Shown: one piece after another, positions 1-10,257 of the stretch
How the letters are laid out: each line of letters starts with the position of its first letter
Position numbering within the stretch: position 1 is the stretch's first letter
Assembly (NCBI GenBank): GCA_043803105.1
Contig: JAZDKJ010000008.1
Coordinates: 64,001 to 128,000 of the forward strand
DNA length: 64,000 nucleotides
From: Candidatus Woesearchaeota archaeon
GTDB taxonomy: Archaea > Nanobdellota > Nanobdellia > Woesearchaeales > JAZDKJ01
Direction: 5' to 3'
Program-made: the position numbers and the translations under genes
The notes under the pieces: model-generated
Database searches by the model: none
What the model saw: the letters and a program-made list of their open reading frames with translations, nothing else
What the model was told of the DNA's origin: nothing

Positions 1-241
1 TGTAGCCTCCACCTAGCCCGATTTTTCTTAAGGCTTCCTCACCATAGCGGGCAATGCAGCTCTCTACGTAAGCGCTGATTGGCTGGAACTCAAGAGGAAC
101 CTCTTTTACTGTGGGAATCTGTTCCTGTTCAAGGGTTGAAGTTGTGCGAAGGCTGTAGAAATAAAAGACAGTCGCGAAGAGAATCAACAGAACAAGTCCA
201 AGAATGATGAATACTGTAATCTGCCCTTTCCTCTGCAACAT
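1..241 (-). CDS. Class III (pilin-like) signal peptide surface protein, 3'-truncated by window edge
   Basis: Manual translation from ATG 241: MLQRKGQITVFIILGLVLLILF..., a (K/R)G|Q + hydrophobic helix motif typical of archaeal prepilin peptidase substrates. Not in the ORF track. Confidence 0.75.
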   Translation of the reverse strand, partial: MLQRKGQITVFIILGLVLLILFATVFYFYSLRTTSTLEQEQIPTVKEVPLEFQPISAYVESCIARYGEEALRKIGLGGGY

Positions 242-401
242 GTCAATCCTCGTTTTTTTTTGCGGCCAGCAAATCAGCAATAAACTGGCCTAGAGCCCTT
301 TTTGTAAACCTGTATAAAGACTATATATAAAGGTTTTGATTAGTTTGGGCGATAAAGACACTTTGAAAAAATTTATAAAGAGGCACATCAACCGCTGAGG
401 T

Positions 402-1463
402 ATGGTAAGCCTCGGACCTTTAAGCTTTTTAACCAAATATGACCTGTTAGCCGCATTGGTGATCCTTGCATTGTCTTTCGTTGTGTCAAAGCTTGTAAAC
501 CTAATAGTTGCAGAACTCGTGCACCACTTTGCAAAAAGAACCAAGACAACACTTGACGATGAAATACTGCATGCGATAAAGAGGCCGATATTCTTCTCAG
601 TACTCTTGCTTGGGCTTTACCTTGCAGTTGAGACAGTTAGTTTCCTTGCGCCCTACAAAGCAACATTTGACAGGATTGCCGCAGTGCTTGGCATTGCAAT
701 GCTTTTCTATGCATTGGTAAGGGTTGTGAACGGGCTTTTCCACTGGTACACACTTGACGTTACGAAGCGGACAAAGACTGAAGTCGACGACAAATACATA
801 GTGATAGTGAAAAGAGTTCTTGACATTGTCATATATATCATAGCAGCGCTTGTGATCCTTAGGTATTTTGGAGTTGAGATAACACCCATCCTCGCAAGCC
901 TGGGCATTGGCGGACTTGCTGTGGCGTTGGCGCTACAAGACACGCTTGCCAACTTTTTTGCAGGATTCTATACACTTACTGAGAAATCGATAAGAGTGGG
1001 GGACTTCATAGAACTGGAGAATGGGTTAAAGGGCTATGTCGATGACATCACCTGGAGAACAACAAGGATCAAGACACTCACTGACAACTTTGTGATAATT
1101 CCAAATTCCAAACTGGCACAATCCGTAACCACAAATTATTCGCTCGGCAGGACAGAGACTGCAATAAGCATACCGGTAGGGATATCTTATGATAGTGACC
1201 TGGAAGCGGCAGAGAAGGTTGCAATGCAAGTGGCCAAGGATGTGCAGGAACACCAGGAGAGGGCGGTTAAAGACCATGTGCCTTCGGTGAGATTCACTGA
1301 GTTTGGCGAGAGCACAATAAATTTCAATGTCAACCTTAAGGTACGCAAGTATAGCGACCAGTTCATCGTAAGGCACGAATTCATCAAGCAACTGAAAAAA
1401 GCCTTTGAAAAGAAAAAGTTAGAGTTCGCGTTCCCAACCAGGATAGTGTACATTCGCAAATAA
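402..1463 (+). CDS. mscS: Small-conductance mechanosensitive channel
   Basis: Multiple TM helices; GIGGLAVALALQDTLANFFAG, GDFIE, IPNSKL and FAFPTR motifs of the MscS family. Confidence 0.93.
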   Translation: MVSLGPLSFLTKYDLLAALVILALSFVVSKLVNLIVAELVHHFAKRTKTTLDDEILHAIKRPIFFSVLLLGLYLAVETVSFLAPYKATFDRIAAVLGIAMLFYALVRVVNGLFHWYTLDVTKRTKTEVDDKYIVIVKRVLDIVIYIIAALVILRYFGVEITPILASLGIGGLAVALALQDTLANFFAGFYTLTEKSIRVGDFIELENGLKGYVDDITWRTTRIKTLTDNFVIIPNSKLAQSVTTNYSLGRTETAISIPVGISYDSDLEAAEKVAMQVAKDVQEHQERAVKDHVPSVRFTEFGESTINFNVNLKVRKYSDQFIVRHEFIKQLKKAFEKKKLEFAFPTRIVYIRK

Positions 1464-1523
1464 TTGATGTAGCACAGATATTCTTAAAAGTGTCTATGGC
1501 TTATATGCGACCGAGGTGATTGA

Positions 1524-1877
1524 ATGAGATGGATTATTCTTGCAGTTATTTTTGGACTGTGGCTCGGTCAGATTGGGATGATTCGGTACGAGCAACAAGC
1601 AAGGGCCGGGGATGAATTAGTTGTGCACGTAAATGCTGTCAACAATGGTGGGCACTTTTTGGAGAATGTGAAGGTAAGGCTCTATATTCCTGAACTTGGG
1701 ATCATTCGGAGCATATCAGGATTTGAACTGGATCGCGAAGAAAAGGCTGGAAGGTACATATCAATGGAAATACCACCCGGAACAGGAGCCGGGGACTATC
1801 TTATGATAGTGCAAGCGAGCAACAGGGATGATGTGAATTTCAGGGCAAGAGAATACAGGTATTTCACAGTAATCTGA
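1524..1877 (+). CDS. Secreted/membrane-anchored Ig-like hypothetical protein
   Basis: GAGGTGA RBS; N-terminal hydrophobic helix; beta-rich body. Confidence 0.6.
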   Translation: MRWIILAVIFGLWLGQIGMIRYEQQARAGDELVVHVNAVNNGGHFLENVKVRLYIPELGIIRSISGFELDREEKAGRYISMEIPPGTGAGDYLMIVQASNRDDVNFRAREYRYFTVI

Positions 1878-1963
1878 ATCCGCAATTTCGAATAAAATCA
1901 TATCCTGTTAGAAACTTTTATATACCAGTTGCCTGTTTCGTATATTCTCGACGGAGGTTTCAA

Positions 1964-2761
1964 ATGAGGAAGATCTGCATAGTAAACCAGAAAGGCGGAG
2001 TTGCAAAATCGACGACAGCAATAAACCTGGCTGCGGGGCTAGCACTCGCAGGAAAAAAGGTGCTACTCCTTGACCTTGACCCTCAAGGCCACGTGGCAAC
2101 ATATTTTCCTATAAAAGAGTACAAAAAGAACATGTACGACCTTCTCACAAACGGCGCGTCAGCAGAAGAATGCATATACACAGTCGGCACAAACCTTGAC
2201 GTAATAATCTCTAGCAAGGAAATGCGTGGAGCAGAGCCAATACTATACAAAAAAGCAGACGGGGCAGGGGTATTACTGGCAAAACTAGAAAAGGTAAAGG
2301 GATATGATTATGTCATATCAGACAGCCCGCCCTCAGTAGGGATTCTAAGCCAGAATGCGATGCTATTTGCAGACGAGGCAATTATACCCACAACAGCAGA
2401 TCCTTTAGGCCTGGATGGAATGAAAAAGATGATACGCACGATAACAGAGTTCAACGAGCACTCAGGGCATAAGCTGAAGATAAGCAGGATAGTGCCTACA
2501 ATGTTCGACAAGAGAAACAAGATATGCAAGACAGTCTACGACGAGATGAGAAACGAATATTATGAACTTGTATCTGAGCCGATAAGCATAAACTCAAAAC
2601 TCAAGGAAGCGCCGAGGGCAATGAAATCAATATTCACTTATGCGCCGACCTCAAGCGGGGCACTCGATTACAAAAGACTTGTTGAGTCTGTCATAAGCGA
2701 AGAGCCATTGTGTGAGAGGCATAGGGTAAGCGAAAGAAAGACTGTAAAACTCACTGTGTAA
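1964..2761 (+). CDS. parA: ParA/Soj family ATPase
   Basis: Deviant Walker A NQKGGVAKST, DLDPQG, DSPPS. Confidence 0.9.
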   Translation: MRKICIVNQKGGVAKSTTAINLAAGLALAGKKVLLLDLDPQGHVATYFPIKEYKKNMYDLLTNGASAEECIYTVGTNLDVIISSKEMRGAEPILYKKADGAGVLLAKLEKVKGYDYVISDSPPSVGILSQNAMLFADEAIIPTTADPLGLDGMKKMIRTITEFNEHSGHKLKISRIVPTMFDKRNKICKTVYDEMRNEYYELVSEPISINSKLKEAPRAMKSIFTYAPTSSGALDYKRLVESVISEEPLCERHRVSERKTVKLTV

Positions 2762-2797
2762 GAAGTGTTTTATACCTGAGGCTTTTTCTTTTTTGTT

Positions 2798-3826
2798 ATG
2801 AGCATAAGAGAAGGCAGAGGCATAATTTCCGGAACAAAGGAAGAAAAGGTCACCTCGAGGATGGAGGTCTTCTACAACCCTGTGATGAAACACAACAGGG
2901 ACGTGTCAGTAATGGTCCTTAAGACAATAGGCGGCAAGATGCTTAAAATATGCCTGCCTTTGGAAGCGAGCGGAATTCGCGGGATCAGATTCTTCAAAGA
3001 ACTTCCGAAAGGAATGATAGAGAAAATCTATTTCAACGACCACAACGAAAAAGCTGTAAAGGCAATCAAGGCAAACCTGAAATTAAACAAGATAAAGACA
3101 AGATATGAGATATCCTGCCAGGACGCAAACCTTTTCATGCGAACAGGACAAGGTTTTGATTACATAGACATAGACCCGTTTGGAACACCTAACCCATTCT
3201 TGGATTCTGCAATACAAGCGATAAGCAGGAACGGGATAATTGCCGTAACTGCGACAGACACAGCAGCACTTTGCGGTACAAGCGAAAAAGCCTGCCTGAG
3301 AAAATACTGGGCAAAGCCGATGCACGATAGTTGCATGCATGAAACTGGACTGAGGATACTCATACGCAAGGTGCAATTGATAGGGGCGCAGTACAGCAAG
3401 GCGCTCATACCGATGTACAGCTACAGCAAAGACCACTATATGAGAATTTTTTTCAAGGTCGTAAAGGGAAAGGAAGAGACAGAAAGAATCCTAAGCCAGC
3501 ACGACTATTTCAAAGGCTTTGGGCCAATGTGGATTGGCAGGCTATGGGACAAGGAACTGGCTAAAGAACTTGCAAAGCAAGATACAGACAAGGAATTAAG
3601 CAAAATGCTGATCGCAATTGAGGCTGAATCAAGGATTAACACAATTGGGTTTTATGACTTGCATGAAATATCTGGAAGGCTGAAACATGAGGTGCCAAAA
3701 ACAGAGGATTTGATGAAAAGCATCAGAAAGGCAGGACATAAGGCCACAATAACACATTTCTTGCCTTATGGGATCAGAAGCACAATCACTGAAAAGGAGC
3801 TTGCCAGAATAATTTCTAACCTATAG
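2798..3826 (+). CDS. trm1: tRNA (guanine-26-N2)-dimethyltransferase
   Basis: VFYNPVM..NRD, SGIRGIR, DIDPFGTP, VTATDTAALCG motifs. Confidence 0.92.
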   Translation: MSIREGRGIISGTKEEKVTSRMEVFYNPVMKHNRDVSVMVLKTIGGKMLKICLPLEASGIRGIRFFKELPKGMIEKIYFNDHNEKAVKAIKANLKLNKIKTRYEISCQDANLFMRTGQGFDYIDIDPFGTPNPFLDSAIQAISRNGIIAVTATDTAALCGTSEKACLRKYWAKPMHDSCMHETGLRILIRKVQLIGAQYSKALIPMYSYSKDHYMRIFFKVVKGKEETERILSQHDYFKGFGPMWIGRLWDKELAKELAKQDTDKELSKMLIAIEAESRINTIGFYDLHEISGRLKHEVPKTEDLMKSIRKAGHKATITHFLPYGIRSTITEKELARIISNL

Positions 3827-4091
3827 CTCGCCTGACATCAGTAATCTCCACTGACTGTACCTGAGGAATTTTGGAAACACTTTCTTCAAGGGTTTCGGTT
3901 GAGCCGAGTGACTCATCCATCACAAAGATCAGGACCAGAGACTTCAGGCCGAAAGCGACAGGCTCGACGTCCACCTTGCCTACAGAGCCGCCAAACTCAG
4001 CTATCTCATGTGTAGCCTTAGACTCAATCTTTTTCAGATCAGCCGCAGGGCTATCAGGCATTATCTTCATAGAAACAACAACCTGTGCCAT
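3816..4091 (-). CDS. ef1b: Archaeal elongation factor 1-beta
   Basis: KIMPDSP, EPVAFGLKSL motifs; 91 aa. Confidence 0.93.
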   Translation of the reverse strand: MAQVVVSMKIMPDSPAADLKKIESKATHEIAEFGGSVGKVDVEPVAFGLKSLVLIFVMDESLGSTETLEESVSKIPQVQSVEITDVRRAIG

Positions 4092-4092
4092 C

Positions 4093-4266
4093 TTAGTTTG
4101 GACCTACAAAGCCGCACAAGGGGCACTTGTACTTAACAACAATCTCACGGCAATGCTTGCATCTAACAATGGTAGACTTCATGCACTGAGGGCACTGGAA
4201 CTTTGCAGTGCCAGCAAGATTAGTTATATCTCTTGAGCACGATGTGCAAACCGCTTGTTCAGACAT
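4093..4266 (-). CDS. Small double Zn-ribbon protein (DUF1610 type) upstream of aEF1-beta
   Basis: Manual translation MSEQAVCTSC...FQCPQC...IVRCKHCR...YKCPLCGFVGPN (57 aa); this pairing with aEF1-beta is conserved in archaea. Below the ORF-track cutoff. Confidence 0.88.
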   Translation of the reverse strand: MSEQAVCTSCSRDITNLAGTAKFQCPQCMKSTIVRCKHCREIVVKYKCPLCGFVGPN

Positions 4267-4367
4267 GTTCAATTGAGAAACTACAGGCTTTTTAAAAAGG
4301 TTGCGGTCTATGCAACATGCGGGCGGAAGACAAAAGATTTAAAAACTAGGCACACTGATAAGAAAGC

Positions 4368-6059
4368 ATGGCACTTACCATACAACCGCCAAAGCCTCCT
4401 TCACAGAAACCAGAAAGGCAAGAATTCACTTTTTCTGTAGCACCAGCGAAACTCGACCAAAAATATGATGCTGAAGAGAAATTCATCGCAACACGAAAGG
4501 AAGACCTGGAAAAGAGAGAACAAGTAATCAAACTAAGGGAAGAAGCTTACAAGAGGGAAATAGCAGACGTGGAGGACAGCCGCAAAAGGCTTGATGCTGA
4601 AATCCAAGAGCGTAGAATCTTCCTTCAAAACATGGAAAGGGAACTTGGAGAGAAGCAGGAACTGCTTTGGCAAAAAGAGCAGACACTCCAAAAAAAGGAG
4701 AAACTGCTGAAGGATACAGGCAACCTCAAGGATGCATACCTAAAAACAGAAATATCTGCGCTAAGAGAAAAAGCAGGTTTGCCAGGAATGGATGAAACGC
4801 TTAAAACCAAGGCAGACCTGTTGAAAAGGAAAGAGGAGCTCTTGAAGAACTATGAGCAATCACTGAAGGAATTCGCAAATTCATCAAGCGCGAAGGCAGA
4901 TGAGTCACTAAACGAAGACCTCCGCAAGCACATGGAGATGCTGCAGACAGGTCATGATACAATACAGGACAGGCAGACGGCACTAAACAGAATCGAGAAA
5001 GACCTTGAAGATAAAGAGGCAAGAATAAGCAAACAAGAGAACCAGCTAAATCAGATAAGATCATTGCTCGAAGCAAAGGAGACTGAGCTCTCCAAGAAAG
5101 AAGGGCTCCTAAGGGAACACTTTGAGAACATGGAACATGACAACACTGAGCAGGAGAGTAGCAAACTAGAAACTCCAAGACCGCAAGAGCTCACAGGAGA
5201 GAGACTGCCTGAAACCATCGCAAAACTTGGCAAGATCAGGGAAGAATGGGAAATCAAGGAAGGTATGCTAAAAGAGAAATCAGCAAGGGTGCTAGAAGAC
5301 AAGGTAAAGGTGGAACGAATGCTCGAGAAAATCGAGGCGGATGTTTCACTATTAGATGGAAAAGAGGAGGACATATTGCAGAAAATAGACACTCTCGAAC
5401 GAGACAAAAAGCTGCTGGACAAGGAAGAGGAACAGATAATTGCGAAGGTAAGAAAGCTTGAATTTGCAGAGGAGGGGCTGAAGAAAAGAGAGGCGACAGT
5501 AAAAGAGTTTGAAAGAACAATAGGGAAAGAGGAGCAAAGAATCACAGAAGCTGCAAAAAAGGTAGACAATGCCAAGGAATACCAAAAGGAGATACCCAAG
5601 CTTGAGAGGCACTACAACAAACTCAGAAAGCAATACCTGAAGATAGAGGAGGAGGCACTCGCAAAGAGCGCGATGATAAAGAGAGAGCATGAGACACTTA
5701 CCCAGAAAGAAACAGACCTCGAAGCAAGGGAGATAATACTAAAGCAGAAAGAGAGCCAGCTCATAAGCGAGGAGTATGAACTAATACACGCCAAGGAAAC
5801 GCTTGAAAAGGGAATACTGCACGACTATGCGCCAACAGAAATGATTGGCACGCCAGTAAATGATACGATACAGTATGCAAAGATGCAGGCATTGGTTAAC
5901 AAGGCCAGGGACGATATTTCCAAAGGCGCATTGGATGAGGCAAAACGCACGGTTGATGCAATAGAGAACCTGATGCAGAGCATGCAGGAAGGGGAAAAGA
6001 GACAGCTTGTCTATGACCTGATGGAATTGAAAACAGACATAAGGCTTGCAACGCTTTAG
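4368..6059 (+). CDS. Long coiled-coil hypothetical protein
   Basis: 563 aa of E/K/L heptad-rich sequence; no ATPase motif seen. Confidence 0.75.
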   Translation: MALTIQPPKPPSQKPERQEFTFSVAPAKLDQKYDAEEKFIATRKEDLEKREQVIKLREEAYKREIADVEDSRKRLDAEIQERRIFLQNMERELGEKQELLWQKEQTLQKKEKLLKDTGNLKDAYLKTEISALREKAGLPGMDETLKTKADLLKRKEELLKNYEQSLKEFANSSSAKADESLNEDLRKHMEMLQTGHDTIQDRQTALNRIEKDLEDKEARISKQENQLNQIRSLLEAKETELSKKEGLLREHFENMEHDNTEQESSKLETPRPQELTGERLPETIAKLGKIREEWEIKEGMLKEKSARVLEDKVKVERMLEKIEADVSLLDGKEEDILQKIDTLERDKKLLDKEEEQIIAKVRKLEFAEEGLKKREATVKEFERTIGKEEQRITEAAKKVDNAKEYQKEIPKLERHYNKLRKQYLKIEEEALAKSAMIKREHETLTQKETDLEAREIILKQKESQLISEEYELIHAKETLEKGILHDYAPTEMIGTPVNDTIQYAKMQALVNKARDDISKGALDEAKRTVDAIENLMQSMQEGEKRQLVYDLMELKTDIRLATL

Positions 6060-7111
6060 CAGGTCACAAGCCTGTCCTTGAAAGCAAAACGAACATCCAA
6101 GAATTTCTCGATAACATAAGCGTTCGTGCGGCAGTGAGGTGTTATTTCTGAAGTCAGGAAAGAGGCTTTTGGCGCAAAAACCAAAAAAGGCAGCAGCTGA
6201 TCTGCAAGAAAAGAATCAACAAGGCAGCCAGACTCTATCTGCTTTGAGAGGTTTGATGCAGCGAGCTTGCCAACAGACTCTGCAGAAACACCCTTCTTGC
6301 CAAGAGCGTCAGCACCAATGATGACAGGCCAAACACCATCATCCTCGAACTCTGCCCACAAAGTGATGCCTGAGCCAGGAGAGGCAGTATCATCATAACT
6401 GGCTGAAATATCTACCTTGCCAAAATGTTTCAAACTGGTTTGTGCAGAACTTGCCTGACGCTCCGCAACACTGCTTGACTTAAGGCTAAGCGAGGCATGA
6501 GAAATTCCCTTGATAGACTTAAGTTTGCCCCGATCAAGAGCAGAAAACGCAGGTATCGCCTTGTTTTTCAACAACTCAAGGAAATCACCGGCAGAGCCAA
6601 ATCTTGGCTTTATCGTGAGCTTAATCCTGCCCTGGCCCTTAGGATAATAGCCCCGACGCAATAGCTCGAGATCGAAAGAAGCAAAATGCCTGAGGTATGG
6701 CAAAAGAACGAACCGAAAGTAATCAACAGGCTGGCTCCATGGAACATCAGTGCCACCGGTAACAGAAATTGTGAAATCTTTAGCTGCAAAGCAAGAGGGC
6801 GAGAGAATGGACTGCATGAGCAAGGTTATAGAGCCTGCAGTGCCTATGTCGACAGAGATATCCTTTACAGACAGCTTAGCCGGCTCAAATGCAACGCTTG
6901 TTGAGCCCAAGGTTGCGCCAGAAACCGTTGCATTGCACAGCTCCTGTGCGGCCCTGACACAAGACAAATGCTGAGCCTGCAAACCAGGGTTGCAGCGGCC
7001 CTTCCTGATGTCGCGTATAGTAAAGGCTTTGCCTGTCAGGGATGACAAACCGAGACTTGTGCGAAGTATCTGGCCGCCACCTTCGAGAAAAGAACCGTCA
7101 ATCTCAATCAT
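6056..7111 (-). CDS. rtcA: RNA 3'-terminal phosphate cyclase
   Basis: IDGSFLEGGGQILR, GGTDVPWS, RRGYYPKGQG, ADQL, HCRTN motifs. Confidence 0.93.
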   Translation of the reverse strand: MIEIDGSFLEGGGQILRTSLGLSSLTGKAFTIRDIRKGRCNPGLQAQHLSCVRAAQELCNATVSGATLGSTSVAFEPAKLSVKDISVDIGTAGSITLLMQSILSPSCFAAKDFTISVTGGTDVPWSQPVDYFRFVLLPYLRHFASFDLELLRRGYYPKGQGRIKLTIKPRFGSAGDFLELLKNKAIPAFSALDRGKLKSIKGISHASLSLKSSSVAERQASSAQTSLKHFGKVDISASYDDTASPGSGITLWAEFEDDGVWPVIIGADALGKKGVSAESVGKLAASNLSKQIESGCLVDSFLADQLLPFLVFAPKASFLTSEITPHCRTNAYVIEKFLDVRFAFKDRLVTC

Positions 7112-7194
7112 TTACTCGAATAAACGCTGCATCTTAAAAAAGGTTGCGGCTGCACAAGATTTAAATATTGAATTCTTACAGGACGCATCAACTG

Positions 7195-8751
7195 ATGGAA
7201 ACCAGGCTTAACATACTATTGCAGACAAAAAAAGAGTTGGAAGACTTCAGGCGCTTTCTAGCAACACCGACAAAGGATGCGGCCAGAACAATAGAAGAAT
7301 TAGAATTAGAGCTCGAGGAACTCAAAAAAAGGTTCGCGAACCTAAGAGATTCATACCCAAGGGATGGGGAACTGTTCAGGATCATACAGTATTACATCGA
7401 TAAGCTAACCAATGTAAGGCTAGACCCAAACCAGGGGTTCCAAGTCCAAGCCTATGAGGAGATAGTCAAGAAAGATTTCTGGCAAATTGAGAGTGAACTC
7501 ATTCCCAAGCTTCAGAAAAACGACCTTGAGGAGAGAGTAAGCGCAGTGTACAAGCTTTTCATAGAAGGCTGCAGGCAAAGCAAGCTTTACCTTCACAGAT
7601 GCGAGTACATAGGAGAGACTATTGCCGATAGAAGAAGTTTCCACCTGTTTAATATAAGCACCTTCGAAGACACCACACTCAGCACGCAGATAATGATGAG
7701 CGAGGACGGAAAGGACTTCTTAGTCATAGGGTTCAGCGACTATTATATCTACAAAAGAAAACTTAGCGAGCAGGAAAAGGCGACAATGACGCGCAGAAAG
7801 TTCTTCTGGACAAGCTTTGCCGCACTCACGGGAGCATCGCTGTACCTACACGAAATGTATGTGAAAGACTATCTGCAGGGGACTGCGACAGTAATCGAGA
7901 TGGGAGTTGCTTTGGGGAGAGAGGGTTTAGAGGCAATTAACCTCCTCGCAAGGAAACATAGACTCGAGAGGGAACTTGACGAGCTACAAACAAAACAGAC
8001 TGAGGCACTCCAAGGCCAAATTGGATATGAAATAGAAGAGATAAGGCAATTACTTAGGCAAGGGCCTGGCGTGCGCGCAAGACTGGGGATAACAGCAGAC
8101 AAGTGGACACAGATAAGCTCCCCATTGTTCAGAAAGAGCCCTGTAGGCAAAATACCGAGTACACCAGGATTGTCAATCGGACACAAGATCAACAAATTCC
8201 TTTTTGGACTGAGCCAAAAGGCGCAAGGCAGGCACCAGGCAGATGACAAGATATATGCAGAGAATTTTGTCAAAATAACAACCGTAGAAGACGGCCTACT
8301 GAAGGGAATAAAGTACACAAAGGAAGAGCTGGCAAATCTCTTTGAAAAAGTTAACAAGACAAACAACCTGACTGTAGCAGAAAAACAGAAACTATTGTCA
8401 ATGATGGCAAGCTGGGAGCTCTTCCTAAAAGAGTACAAAAACGTCTCTGACCTGGACAGGCTTAACACGTCAAGACTGAAATCACAAGACCCTGCACTGC
8501 TGCACGTACAAAAGGAGATAGAGGAGATAGAGAGAAATCTAAGGAGCAACCCCCAATACATGGTGGCTTTAGAGAGATACAACAACAGGGACAGGCTGTT
8601 AAGCAGAATGAGCCCTTGGCTCGGTAGGGGAGCATCACTATACGTTTCATACAGGGCAGCAAAATGGGTAACATCAGGTGCAATGGTCACAAGAAGGGGA
8701 TTTTTGGGTATACAGAAAATATCAAACTTATTCAAGAAGAACGGGAGGTGA
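7195..8751 (+). CDS. Hypothetical coiled-coil protein with two internal twin-arginine-like motifs
   Basis: Long ORF; ATG 7195 chosen over TTG 7168; contains MTRRKFF + hydrophobic helix and a C-terminal TRRGFL. Confidence 0.7.
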   Translation: METRLNILLQTKKELEDFRRFLATPTKDAARTIEELELELEELKKRFANLRDSYPRDGELFRIIQYYIDKLTNVRLDPNQGFQVQAYEEIVKKDFWQIESELIPKLQKNDLEERVSAVYKLFIEGCRQSKLYLHRCEYIGETIADRRSFHLFNISTFEDTTLSTQIMMSEDGKDFLVIGFSDYYIYKRKLSEQEKATMTRRKFFWTSFAALTGASLYLHEMYVKDYLQGTATVIEMGVALGREGLEAINLLARKHRLERELDELQTKQTEALQGQIGYEIEEIRQLLRQGPGVRARLGITADKWTQISSPLFRKSPVGKIPSTPGLSIGHKINKFLFGLSQKAQGRHQADDKIYAENFVKITTVEDGLLKGIKYTKEELANLFEKVNKTNNLTVAEKQKLLSMMASWELFLKEYKNVSDLDRLNTSRLKSQDPALLHVQKEIEEIERNLRSNPQYMVALERYNNRDRLLSRMSPWLGRGASLYVSYRAAKWVTSGAMVTRRGFLGIQKISNLFKKNGR

Positions 8752-8756
8752 GCGAG

Positions 8757-9152
8757 ATGCTCAGAAAATTCAAGTTATATCCAGCGCATACAGTAATTGA
8801 GACTGACACCATCGAGAAGACAGCAAAGTACATGAAAAAGCATAATGCAAGATATGTTTATGTGGTGGACAAGGCAAAAAAACCAGTTGGTGTAATTTCA
8901 CTCTATGACATAGTTTTCAGGGTTGTGGCTGAAAAGGAAAATCCTTCAAAGACCGTGGCAAAGAAAATAATGCAAAGCCCTGTAGACCATGTTGATATAG
9001 GCCATGCGCCTGAATTTGCATTGAACATCATGATGAAGAGGCATACCTATGCCTGCCTTGTAACAGAAAAAGGCAAGGTGAAGGGATTGGTCGACTACAA
9101 ATCAGTTTTCGAGCAAGTTCTCAAGAACATGAAAGAGCGTGAGGCAAAGTGA
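8757..9152 (+). CDS. CBS-domain pair protein
   Basis: GGAGGTG RBS; VVDKAKKPVGVISLYDI and GKVKGLVD CBS motifs. Confidence 0.85.
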   Translation: MLRKFKLYPAHTVIETDTIEKTAKYMKKHNARYVYVVDKAKKPVGVISLYDIVFRVVAEKENPSKTVAKKIMQSPVDHVDIGHAPEFALNIMMKRHTYACLVTEKGKVKGLVDYKSVFEQVLKNMKEREAK

Positions 9153-9805
9153 GTCTTGAGGATTTTGTTAAGAAAGCAGGCCGGGGCTTTGATAAGGTAA
9201 GGGAGTATATCTCAGGGCCTGAAAAACTCGATAACATGGTACAATATGGGGTTGACCACTATCTAACAGATGAGAACAGGAGACTTTTGTTTGACAACAA
9301 GAGTGAAACACAACGGCAGCAACTCATGGGCTCACTAAAGCTAAAGATGCAGGAGAAAAGACTGGAGTACCAGGACTCACTTGACAAGCTTTCGCTCAAA
9401 GTTGCTGGAAAAGGCGGGCTTGCAGTATTGGCAAGCGATGTATACCACACTCTTAGGGGAACCCCATTTGAAATATTCTGGCCATTCAAGTATGGAATAG
9501 CGTCAATAAAGGGATTGCTGGAATTGCCAGCAATGTACCAGTATGTCAAAAAATCATGGGACCTTTATAGCGCAGTGGAATGGCTGGGCTATAAGGCAGT
9601 CTCGATGTTTATACCAGTCATTGGGCCTGCTCTTGACTACAACTCAGCCCAGAGAATCATAAGGAAAGGCATAGTGAGCGAGGGAGTAAAAGAATGGCTA
9701 AAGGAGCAGAAGCTCTATGAAGAGAAGGAGCCTTTGCTTGAAAGAGTCAAAAAACACGTAAAAGACGTTGTTAACAGCCCAGAACCTGCGCTTCAGCCTG
9801 CATAA
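9149..9805 (+). CDS. Hypothetical protein
   Basis: GTGA overlap with the CBS gene; 218-aa ORF. Confidence 0.7.
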   Translation: MSLEDFVKKAGRGFDKVREYISGPEKLDNMVQYGVDHYLTDENRRLLFDNKSETQRQQLMGSLKLKMQEKRLEYQDSLDKLSLKVAGKGGLAVLASDVYHTLRGTPFEIFWPFKYGIASIKGLLELPAMYQYVKKSWDLYSAVEWLGYKAVSMFIPVIGPALDYNSAQRIIRKGIVSEGVKEWLKEQKLYEEKEPLLERVKKHVKDVVNSPEPALQPA

Positions 9806-9875
9806 CAGCCTAACCAGCGATTTGTGAGTGTTAGTATCTCAGCTATCTAGAGATATTTCAAAATCCTCAATAGTG

Positions 9876-10257
9876 AACTCTCACTTTTTAGATTTTTGGC
9901 ACTATTTACTAGTGCCCACAAATGTTTTTATAGCTGTTTCGAATGGTTTTGGCTGAAAAAGTACTTCAGGAACATGTTCCAGCTCGGAATTCTCACTTTT
10001 TGATTGATTGGTGTGAATGACAACAGGTTTTGCCTAGGAATGGGGCATATATAATTGGTAGGACCTATAACCAGCATGTAATACTGGAAGGACAAAGTCT
10101 GGCAAGCAGTCTAACGCTTCTCTAATAGGAAAAACCTCTGGAAAAGAGCGAAAATAGGGAAAAAGTGAGATTGTGAGTAGGGTAAATTTATCACAAGGCT
10201 GAAAACATATGCTATGGGCACTATAAAATGCATCGTTTTTCGTAAAAAGTGAGAGTT
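9876..10257. repeat. Symmetric inverted repeat array in a non-coding region (candidate origin/protein-binding array)
   Basis: AACTCTCACTTTTTA (9876-9890) / TAAAAAGTGAGAGTT (10243-10257); TAGTGCCCA (9910-9918) / TGGGCACTA (10215-10223), each 19 bp from the 15-mer; inner TCTCACTTTTT (9991-10001) / AAAAAGTGAGA (10160-10170). Confidence 0.8.

Noticed and set aside
4368-6059. SMC/Rad50 ATPase
   Set aside because: Coiled coil only; no Walker A/B, signature motif or hinge seen
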